This document shows, one piece after another, positions 18,849 through 25,405 of a stretch of DNA of 29,346 nucleotides. Under the pieces are notes generated by a model. That model was not told the DNA's origin. It did no database searches and saw only the letters and a list, made by a program, of their open reading frames with translations. A program made the position numbers and the translations under genes. How positions within the stretch are numbered: the stretch's first letter is position 1; every line of letters begins with the position of its first letter. The stretch is from a virus (lineage: Duplodnaviria; Caudoviricetes): positions 1-29,346 of the IMG/VR virus record IMGVR_UViG_3300009849_000002. One strand, given 5' to 3'.

Positions 18849-20543
18849 ATGGCAACATATCCAACCAAGGCAGATGCAGAGCTATTTAAAAGCAACGCTG
18901 ATCTTGTTAATGAGATAGCAACTAGTGACGAAATTAAAACGATACTAACTGATGAAAATGGTAAAACCAAGTACACCATATCAGGAATTACGCAGGCATT
19001 TGGTGGTATTTACGCTGGTGATTATGTTGATGGGACGGTAATTTCAGAACTGTACGAATACGCACTATTAACATCGGATGGAACAAAATGGAAAGTTGCA
19101 AATTCCGCCAATCTCCCATACGAAATTGACGCAACAACATATCCGGACCCTGCTGACGATCCCAATCTAATTTTGTTTACCGACGTTTCAGAGTTAAAGG
19201 CTGTAGCTATTGCAAACAATACAACTGTTGATGATGTTGCGGAGCTAAAAGTTGGAGCAACATACACAGGACAGCATCTTTTTTATTCTGCTACAACAGG
19301 GCTTGTATATGAGATTATTGCCGGATTGACTGGAACGGCAACTGCGGTTAGTGCGGATGTGGATGGTGTTATTACAGTCACTATTGCAACGGTTGATTAC
19401 GACGTAACAAATAAAACAGACGTTAGTGATAACGCTACCGACACCGGAGCGGTGAATGCAATTATAATGAATTACGATTCTGGTATTAATCCCGTCGTAT
19501 ACAACGGAATGAGAGCATCACTACAGGCGTACTCTGCAAATACTGGAACCGTTACAATTTCTTATAATGATGTAGTTTACAGTCTGACAGATGTCAGAGG
19601 GGCGGCGCTTGTTAGCGGTGACTATGATAACGCGATACCAGTAAAAATAAGGTATGACTCCGCACTCGGAAATTTTGTTCTTGACGATCCAATGATGTAT
19701 TTTCAAGTGAATCAAGTTAAATTGGGATTAAACGCCGGCAAGTTATTGCAGGGTAGCAACGGGACAGCGGTTGGTAGATACGCGGCGTACACTGGGCAAG
19801 GTGAAAGTGGGGTGGCTGTAGGCGATCAGGCTGGACATACAAGCCAAGGCGAAGATGGTATATCAATCGGGCGCGCGGCGGGGTACGGGAATCAAGGCGA
19901 TCATGCATTTGCCGCTGGAGCATTAGCCGGACTCACATCACAACCGGCTAATTCTATTGTGATCAGCGGTGACACGGTCGAAGCGACTCCTGCTTCGGTC
20001 GGTGATATCTTATTTAAAACGACAACACAAGAAATTTCAGCTACATCAGCAGGGTTAAAATACAACGGTTCATTGATCTCCCAAGGAATTAGTTTCAACA
20101 ACTACGCTAACTTTCAAGATCAAAAGACGAGCGGAACCGCTGGGGGTGCGTCTGTTTCTGGGGTTCAGGTGCGAACTCTAAATAGTACAGTTGAAAACTC
20201 AATCACTGGATGCTCGCTTACTTCTAATCAAATAACATTAGCGGCGGGAGATTACTATGTCAGAGCAAAATCACCGCTTTATTATTCGGGAAGATCTAGA
20301 TCTTATCTATATGATACCACTGGAGCAAGTATATTGGTGTTGGGAGCTGGTAGCACAGCAGGTTCAATTGGTACATCTTCTGGCGAAGTGAGCAGCGCCG
20401 AAGGTAAATTCACTTTATCTGTAGAGTCAGTTTTAGAACTACGAACATATGTAAACTCAGCACGCACGGTCGATGGATTGGGTCGATACGTGGGCGATGG
20501 TGAACTAGAAATTTATGCAACAATTGAAATGTGGGGTTTATAA
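18849..20543 (+). CDS. Tail fiber / receptor-binding protein (modular)
   Basis: After TipJ; DTGAVNA...ANTG module, 16-aa Gly-rich repeats, C-terminal beta domain (DQKTSGTAGG...ITLAAGDYYV). Confidence 0.85.
   Translation: MATYPTKADAELFKSNADLVNEIATSDEIKTILTDENGKTKYTISGITQAFGGIYAGDYVDGTVISELYEYALLTSDGTKWKVANSANLPYEIDATTYPDPADDPNLILFTDVSELKAVAIANNTTVDDVAELKVGATYTGQHLFYSATTGLVYEIIAGLTGTATAVSADVDGVITVTIATVDYDVTNKTDVSDNATDTGAVNAIIMNYDSGINPVVYNGMRASLQAYSANTGTVTISYNDVVYSLTDVRGAALVSGDYDNAIPVKIRYDSALGNFVLDDPMMYFQVNQVKLGLNAGKLLQGSNGTAVGRYAAYTGQGESGVAVGDQAGHTSQGEDGISIGRAAGYGNQGDHAFAAGALAGLTSQPANSIVISGDTVEATPASVGDILFKTTTQEISATSAGLKYNGSLISQGISFNNYANFQDQKTSGTAGGASVSGVQVRTLNSTVENSITGCSLTSNQITLAAGDYYVRAKSPLYYSGRSRSYLYDTTGASILVLGAGSTAGSIGTSSGEVSSAEGKFTLSVESVLELRTYVNSARTVDGLGRYVGDGELEIYATIEMWGL
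19749..19964 (+). repeat. 48-nt (16-aa) periodic repeats in tail fiber, YadA-head-like
   Basis: QGSNGTAVGRYAAYTG / QGESGVAVGDQAGHTS / QGEDGISIGRAAGYGN / QGDHAFAAGALAGLTS / QPANSIVI. Confidence 0.8.
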
Positions 20544-20894
20544 ATGAAATACGCACTATTAGATGACGACTGTGTCATCACACAGATAGACTGTAATGAA
20601 AGAGATGATTTTGTGGAAGTGCCTGACACGGCAGTGCCAGGGATGACATACATTGATGACACTCTAGCCACAGTTGAGAAAACAACAGCAGAACAGTTCA
20701 CAGCAGACTACAAAGAATTGACTGCTACGTATAACACTGAATTGACAGCGTTAAGTTTGGAGTTTGCTAATGCTCACATGTGGAACAGCGACGCAGAGGA
20801 CGACAAAGAAACAGAAATTAGAGCAGAATTAACAGCACTAAAAACTCAATATCTAGCTGATATTGAAACACTCAAAACCACTTACGGATATTAA
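20544..20894 (+). CDS. Tail fiber assembly chaperone (putative)
   Basis: Abuts fiber stop; FVEVPDTAVPGMTY followed by a helical C-terminus. Confidence 0.65.
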   Translation: MKYALLDDDCVITQIDCNERDDFVEVPDTAVPGMTYIDDTLATVEKTTAEQFTADYKELTATYNTELTALSLEFANAHMWNSDAEDDKETEIRAELTALKTQYLADIETLKTTYGY

Positions 20895-20896
20895 CT

Positions 20897-21052
20897 ATGA
20901 CTATTACTAAACGATGTCCAATTTGCGCGTCTACTATGACGTATGAAGAAGCACCAACGGATTGGCCTATGTTTGAAGCAATCTATCGGTGCGATGATAC
21001 AGACAACTGCGGATATGTACAGCCGACAGAATTGCAAGATGATGATTCATAA
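20897..21052 (+). CDS. Small zinc-ribbon protein (51 aa)
   Basis: Hand-translated MTITKRCPICASTMTYEEAPTDWPMFEAIYRCDDTDNCGYVQPTELQDDDS; C-x2-C-x21-C-x5-C; fills the gap up to the terminator. Confidence 0.65.
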   Translation: MTITKRCPICASTMTYEEAPTDWPMFEAIYRCDDTDNCGYVQPTELQDDDS

Positions 21053-21061
21053 CAGTTAAAC

Positions 21062-21087
21062 AAAGCCCCGTTATGGGGCTTTCTCTT
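21062..21087. terminator. Bidirectional Rho-independent terminator between converging arms
   Basis: AAAGCCCC-GTTAT-GGGGCTTT with T-rich flanks on both strands; same stem as at 7284-7305. Confidence 0.8.
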
Positions 21088-21121
21088 ATCTGCGTTGTTG
21101 TAGTTAATAAGTAGTCGTTAT

Positions 21122-21163
21122 CCTCTGTGCTTGATATACTAAATCAGATATTAAGCACAGAGG
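21122..21163. repeat. 16-bp inverted repeat / long hairpin
   Basis: CCTCTGTGCTTGATAT-(10 nt)-ATATTAAGCACAGAGG, 15 of 16 Watson-Crick pairs. Confidence 0.85.
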
Positions 21164-21190
21164 TAGCAAGGAATAATAATAATGCATTAT

Positions 21191-21244
21191 TTATTTCCAT
21201 TGATCGCCAAATGTGAACCCTAATTGTTCAAGTGCTTCATCCAT
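21191..21244 (-). pseudogene. C-terminal remnant of a lambda Exo (Red alpha)-like exonuclease
   Basis: Reads MDEALEQLGFTFGDQWK*, close to the lambda Exo C-terminus as recalled (MDEALAEIGFVFGEQWR*); overlaps the erf stop in a shifted frame. Confidence 0.75.
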
Positions 21245-21854
21245 TTTTTTCAGTTGTCAACTCTGACTTTCTAATATCCTTAATTTCTGCAAGTTTAGAA
21301 AGATGCTCTGGTGATGATTTTAATTCCTTTTGATATTGAACAAACAAAATTTTCAATGTATTAATATCGCAAGAACTCATAGCTGATGTCACTTTATTTA
21401 AAATTCCATCATAATCAATTGAAGCTGATTTTAATTGTGCCTTTGCTTGCCCTGCGGCTTGATTTCTAAACTCGTTAGTATCAGCATCTTTAGAGTCATC
21501 AATATTATACATTCCATTCAGTGCATATTTTCGAGCGTATGAGCTTGTTGCCCCAGTAACCTGACTGTCATCCATGCCTTTTTTCTGAATTGGCTCCCTG
21601 GCTGACGCTGAAGCCGTTATGCTAGTTTCACCATCGGTAACGGTAACAGTTGATTTTACATAAACCCGATCTCCAATCTGAACTATTTCATCATTAATAA
21701 ATTGAAACAAGCCATTAGCAGCTAGAAGCGGCTTTAATGCCCCCATTATATCCTCGCAACTGCGATAATTGTATTTACCAAATGAGTTAAATTGTCCTTT
21801 TGGTGCGTTTAGCTCACTCTGAACCTTGATTAATTTTTTGTAAAAATCATTCAT
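21237..21854 (-). CDS. erf: Erf-family ssDNA annealing protein
   Basis: APKGQFNSFGKYNYRSCEDI and QVTGATSSYARKYALNGMYNIDDSKDAD signature motifs. Confidence 0.93.
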   Translation of the reverse strand: MNDFYKKLIKVQSELNAPKGQFNSFGKYNYRSCEDIMGALKPLLAANGLFQFINDEIVQIGDRVYVKSTVTVTDGETSITASASAREPIQKKGMDDSQVTGATSSYARKYALNGMYNIDDSKDADTNEFRNQAAGQAKAQLKSASIDYDGILNKVTSAMSSCDINTLKILFVQYQKELKSSPEHLSKLAEIKDIRKSELTTEKNG

Positions 21855-22021
21855 TAAAATTCACCTCTTTCTGCGGATTCAAGCCAGCAATCAAGAGATA
21901 TACCCTCAATATCAGCACATTCCTGATAAAACGCCCTAGAGATTTCATCAACGCTTAAATTCCTCATGCTTGTTGACTTTTCAACACCAGACTCACCAAG
22001 AATCAATACCGCAATACTCAT
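21854..22021 (-). pseudogene. Chimeric 55-aa ORF: N-terminal remnant of a Sak4/AAA_24-like ATPase with a broken Walker A
   Basis: Hand-translated MSIAVLILGESGVEKSTSMRNLSVDEISRAFYQECADIEGISLDCWLESAERGEF; overlaps both neighbours (ATGA and TAATG). Confidence 0.7.
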
Positions 22022-22677
22022 TCTTCAAACTCCATTCGTTTATACACATCAATCAAAACTCTGACATCATCAATGCAATAATCAATTACTTTTTGCGGAT
22101 TTTCTAACCAAGTATCATAAACTTTTGATCCATCCATTCCTTCTGTTTTACCATTAACGCTAAGGGCAAATGCCAAATCATCAAGTTTGATATATTTATT
22201 AAATCCAGACCATGCTTCCATTGTGCAATAATATGATTGTCCATGGCGACCGTGAGGATTAAACCATAAGGTTGGTTTTACATTATTAACAACAGATCGA
22301 TGCCATAAATACGGAACATCAAATTTTGCATTATGAGCAACAAATCTCCATTGTTGAGAGCCAACAATGTCAGACAGCCAATTCCAGAACTCTATAAGCA
22401 TATCTCTTTCGTGCTGCCCTCTTGTTGAAAAAGCGCCAACTGAAGAGTAACCGTCAATTGTTGTAACGCTAACACCAATAACGCATATTTCACCTTTTGC
22501 CCCATCAAGTGCCGTTTTTCGCCACCGTTCATCTCTAACAGAGTCACCATTTTCAGTAATCCATTTGTCGATTGAATCTTGCTTTTTGTATGAAGCTGGA
22601 GCTTTTATTTCGATGTTGTCTTTTGCGCCATTACGTTGATCTGGTAGTGTTTCTAAATCAATAAATACATTAATCAT
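22018..22677 (-). CDS. 3'-5' exonuclease (DnaQ/PolB-like, DEDDy)
   Basis: ExoI FIDLET, ExoII AHNAKFDV, ExoIII DYCIDDV; GMDGSKV motif. Confidence 0.9.
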   Translation of the reverse strand: MINVFIDLETLPDQRNGAKDNIEIKAPASYKKQDSIDKWITENGDSVRDERWRKTALDGAKGEICVIGVSVTTIDGYSSVGAFSTRGQHERDMLIEFWNWLSDIVGSQQWRFVAHNAKFDVPYLWHRSVVNNVKPTLWFNPHGRHGQSYYCTMEAWSGFNKYIKLDDLAFALSVNGKTEGMDGSKVYDTWLENPQKVIDYCIDDVRVLIDVYKRMEFEE

Positions 22678-22679
22678 TG

Positions 22680-22853
22680 CTATTCTCCAATACTTGTTCT
22701 TGCGTCATCACATTGTTGTTTTGCATACTCTTCATTAGCAGCAATTTCAAACAAACGCTGAATAAATTGCTCTTTACTGCGTTTATCTCTTTTTGCTGCA
22801 TCCTTGAGAAGATCGTTAACTTCTTCTGGAATCTCTGTTGTGTATCTTGCCAT
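22680..22853 (-). CDS. Arc/CopG-like ribbon-helix-helix regulator (57 aa)
   Basis: Hand-translated MARYTTEIPEEVNDLLKDAAKRDKRSKEQFIQRLFEIAA...; RHH pattern; strong AAGGAG RBS; frame differs from the track ORF 22670..22861. Confidence 0.78.
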   Translation of the reverse strand: MARYTTEIPEEVNDLLKDAAKRDKRSKEQFIQRLFEIAANEEYAKQQCDDARTSIGE

Positions 22854-22879
22854 TTATCCACTCCTTATTTGCTGAGGCA

Positions 22880-22950
22880 AGTATTGCATTAAAAATAACA
22901 AATGTAAATACTAAATTAAACTTTACAATAATATTTATAGATACTAATAT
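22880..22950. promoter_or_regulatory. Back-to-back divergent sigma70 promoters
   Basis: Rightward TTTACA(22922)-17 nt-TAATAT(22945); leftward TTTACA(22908-22903)-17 nt-AATACT(22885-22880) with TG extension. Confidence 0.65.
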
Positions 22951-22979
22951 GGATACATGCAAGCAGTTAAGGGTAAGTA

Positions 22980-23147
22980 ATGAATAAAGCAAAATGGATA
23001 GACGAGCACTACGACAATTTGTTTGATGACTGGTGCGATTCTGATATTGAGTCACTGGAAGAATTTACAGAAATAAAATGGAATGAATATCAAGAACACT
23101 TAGCTGAAATGCAAATTTACGAATACGGAAACAGGCAGGAATGGTAA
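22980..23147 (+). CDS. Small highly acidic aromatic protein (55 aa)
   Basis: Hand-translated MNKAKWIDEHYDNLFDDWCDSDIESLEEFTEIKWNEYQEHLAEMQIYEYGNRQEW; RBS aagggt; TAATG coupling to next gene. Confidence 0.75.
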   Translation: MNKAKWIDEHYDNLFDDWCDSDIESLEEFTEIKWNEYQEHLAEMQIYEYGNRQEW

Positions 23148-23482
23148 TGCACAAACTACTTAAACAATTTCTAACTTCTGGCTCTCACTATGTTGAGAGC
23201 TACTTAGTCAACGATGCGGCCACAATCACAGATAACCGCTCACTTGATTACTACCAAAAGCAAAAGCAACAAGCGTTAATCAACTGGCTTAATTTCGAGC
23301 TTAAAGGCACTCACTTCGAGTTTAGTTACTATACAAGTGCAAGTGTTTATCTTTCGTATAAAAACCTTGATACAGAGATTACGTGGCGAGATTTGAGCGA
23401 TAAGGCATTAGAGCTAATTCGCGCTGTTAAATCACACGATAGCGAAGTAATGAATAAATTTATAGAGGATATGGAGTTATGA
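23147..23482 (+). CDS. Hypothetical protein
   Basis: ATG 23147 overlaps upstream TAA; ATGA overlap downstream. Confidence 0.7.
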   Translation: MHKLLKQFLTSGSHYVESYLVNDAATITDNRSLDYYQKQKQQALINWLNFELKGTHFEFSYYTSASVYLSYKNLDTEITWRDLSDKALELIRAVKSHDSEVMNKFIEDMEL

Positions 23483-23727
23483 ATTTTGATGAATTTGACA
23501 ACTATCAGTTTGGCGCAGGAATTGCAGCAAAATACAAAGGTAAAGAATACACTGTGATTTCTGTTGATTTTAATGAGCGATTATTCGGATTGCTGTTAGA
23601 CTGCTGTCATGATGATGACGATTTAATGTGGGTGCGATGCGAAAACGTAACGATAGAAAAACAACAACCACCACACACCAAAAACCTAAATGGTGTTTAT
23701 GTTAATGATTTGAGTGAGGAGAAGTAA
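23479..23727 (+). CDS. Hypothetical protein (small beta-barrel-like)
   Basis: RBS ggag; coupled operon member. Confidence 0.7.
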   Translation: MNFDEFDNYQFGAGIAAKYKGKEYTVISVDFNERLFGLLLDCCHDDDDLMWVRCENVTIEKQQPPHTKNLNGVYVNDLSEEK

Positions 23728-23728
23728 G

Positions 23729-23971
23729 ATGCCTGTATTGCCATATGAATTAGAAAAAATAGAGACAATGGAAGATGCACCATGTGGTGTTAATTTACTC
23801 GTGTGGGATGGTTGCGATTTCAGAATTACTTACGTTGATATAGATCCTGATACTGGCTCTTTCTATGATGCAAATTATCCAGATAGTGGAGATGATGCGT
23901 TTATTGCTTATGCCGAATTACCGTGTAATGAAGATATGGAAATTGAATTAGAAGCAGGAGAAATCGACTAA
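23729..23971 (+). CDS. Acidic hypothetical protein, DUF551-like
   Basis: ATG 23729 after gaggag; MEDAP..VNLLVW...AYAELP pattern; 22 D/E versus 2 K/R in 80 aa. Confidence 0.6.
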   Translation: MPVLPYELEKIETMEDAPCGVNLLVWDGCDFRITYVDIDPDTGSFYDANYPDSGDDAFIAYAELPCNEDMEIELEAGEID

Positions 23972-24549
23972 TGGCAAACAAAAAACGGCGGTGTTCTCAC
24001 TGTCGTAAATATTTTGATGCTGAATCTGGAATCATTCGTGGTGCTCAGTTCTTTTGCTGCAAAGAGCATTTAATTGAATACGCAGTTTCAAATAAAGATA
24101 GCCTGGTTAGAAAAGGCCAGAAGATTGAGCGCAAGATTCAGCGTGAAAAGAAAGAGTCAATCAGACCAATTAAATGGTACGCAGACAGGGCGCAGGCTGA
24201 ATTTAACAGGTTTATACGCCTAAGAGATAAAGGAAAGCCATGCGTTAGCTGTGGAAAGCCTGACGATGGATCTCATCAACGCCATGCGTCACATTACAGG
24301 TCTCGTGGCGCTTGCTCTTATCTTAGGTTTGACGAAAGCAATTGCCATACGTCTTGCTCAAAATGCAATAATTATCTTAGTGGTAACATTGAGGGTTATA
24401 CTCCAGAGCTTATAAACAGAATTGGAAAAGATGAATACGATAGGATCGTTAACTCTCCCAAAACCAAAAAATGGTCTAAGGAAGAGTTGATTGAAATTTA
24501 TGAAGCATACAAATCAAAATGTAAGGAATTAGAAAATGAAAATGAATGA
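23971..24549 (+). CDS. ninG: NinG/Rap recombination endonuclease
   Basis: AQAEFNRFIRLRD, CVSCG, HASHYRSRGA, LRFDESNCHTSCSKCNNYLSGNI. Confidence 0.93.
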   Translation: MANKKRRCSHCRKYFDAESGIIRGAQFFCCKEHLIEYAVSNKDSLVRKGQKIERKIQREKKESIRPIKWYADRAQAEFNRFIRLRDKGKPCVSCGKPDDGSHQRHASHYRSRGACSYLRFDESNCHTSCSKCNNYLSGNIEGYTPELINRIGKDEYDRIVNSPKTKKWSKEELIEIYEAYKSKCKELENENE

Positions 24550-24901
24550 AAATCAAGCTATGAAGTTTGCAAAATTTACAAGTAGAGGTTACCCGTTTGC
24601 TGGACTTGCAGAAGAAGCTGGTGAGGTTTTTGGTAAACTTGCAAAGGCACAAAGAAAGTGGGAGATGTGCCAAGAGTCTGTTCTTGAAAATATTTACCAT
24701 GGCGATCATGAATTCATGTCAGAGCGTGAAATTCAATTACGTGACGATTTAAAAAAAGAGCTTGGCGATGTGTTATGGATGGTTCAAGCTTGCGCCTCAG
24801 TGTTGTCACTTAACATGGATGATATAGCAATATCTAATATTGAAAAATTGACAGATAGAGACAATCGTGGGGTTATTTGTGGAGAAGGTGATAACAGATA
24901 A
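24536..24901 (+). CDS. mazG: MazG-like nucleoside triphosphate pyrophosphohydrolase
   Basis: LAEEAGEV, KKELGDVLW and NIEKLTDRDNRGVICGEGDNR motifs. Confidence 0.88.
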   Translation: MKMNENQAMKFAKFTSRGYPFAGLAEEAGEVFGKLAKAQRKWEMCQESVLENIYHGDHEFMSEREIQLRDDLKKELGDVLWMVQACASVLSLNMDDIAISNIEKLTDRDNRGVICGEGDNR

Positions 24902-24928
24902 CCAACCATTCTCAAAAACATAATACTT

Positions 24929-24951
24929 GCCTCGCTTATGCGGGGCTTTTT
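24929..24951 (+). terminator. Rho-independent terminator
   Basis: GCCTCGC-TTAT-GCGGGGC-TTTTT. Confidence 0.85.
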
Positions 24952-24975
24952 GTTATCTACTTTTTGATAGTAAAT

Positions 24976-25039
24976 TACGGATACCGATTGCATTTATCCG
25001 ATTTTCGTATATTATTAACTTATCTGAACGATAACCGGA
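24976..25039 (+). promoter_or_regulatory. Promoter with three imperfect palindromic operator-like sites
   Basis: TTGCAT(24988)-16 nt-TATTAT(25010); TACGG-ATA-CCGAT, TCCGA-TTT-TCGTA, AACGA-TAA-CCGGA. Confidence 0.55.
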
Positions 25040-25049
25040 GTTTTTAGTT

Positions 25050-25226
25050 ATGATTAAAAAATGGTTTTGGACTTGCGTAGCTAAGTTTAAATACAGAAAA
25101 CAGCCATACAACGAAGTTTGTTGCTGCGGTCAAGATATGAAAACCCATTCTATTTTGGATAATCACTCGCCACGCTGCATGAAAGAATATGCAATCACTA
25201 GCTATATAGAGGAGCGTTTAAAATGA
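25050..25226 (+). CDS. Small Cys/His-rich hypothetical protein (58 aa)
   Basis: Hand-translated MIKKWFWTCVAKFKYRKQPYNEVCCCGQDMKTHSILDNHSPRCMKEYAITSYIEERLK; RBS ggag; ATGA overlap with HTH gene. Confidence 0.72.
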   Translation: MIKKWFWTCVAKFKYRKQPYNEVCCCGQDMKTHSILDNHSPRCMKEYAITSYIEERLK

Positions 25227-25405
25227 CACCAAAACAACGCGCGGAATCACTTGGGGCAATCAGCCTAGCCCATGTATCATTCATCACAAAAACGCCAACC
25301 AGCACGCTTTATGACTGGTTTAAAAACTACCCAATCCGCTTTGATGCTATGTGCGTTTATACCGCAAGGGTAAAAGAAGACATTAAAGAAATGGTGAGAC
25401 TATGA
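25223..25405 (+). CDS. Small HTH DNA-binding protein
   Basis: SLAHVSFITKTPTSTLYDW HTH pattern; RBS gaggag. Confidence 0.72.
   Translation: MTPKQRAESLGAISLAHVSFITKTPTSTLYDWFKNYPIRFDAMCVYTARVKEDIKEMVRL

Noticed and set aside
152-20701. Many minus-strand and alternate-frame ORFs in the track overlapping structural genes (e.g. 152..382, 12625..13149, 16175..16501)
   Set aside because: They lie within well-supported plus-strand genes, lack RBS or motifs, and look like shadow ORFs; only 8175..8420 occupies its own gap
7284-21082. Identical AAAGCCCC/GGGGCTTT stems at two loci as a possible mobile repeat or att site
   Set aside because: A common terminator stem; loops and flanks differ
21104-21187. 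27-codon minus-strand ORF MHYYYSLLPLCLISDLVYQAQRITTTY spanning the long hairpin
   Set aside because: Weak RBS, no recognisable motif, and the sequence is explained by the inverted repeat
18849-21190. Diversity-generating retroelement or invertible fiber cassette
   Set aside because: No reverse transcriptase, invertase or duplicated fiber C-terminus seen; the 21122 hairpin is far from the fiber 3' end
22670-23055. Track ORFs 22670..22861(-), 22677..22892(+) and 22816..23055(-)
   Set aside because: Better-supported short ORFs with RBS occupy the region (RHH 22680..22853 and acidic ORF 22980..23147), with promoters between them
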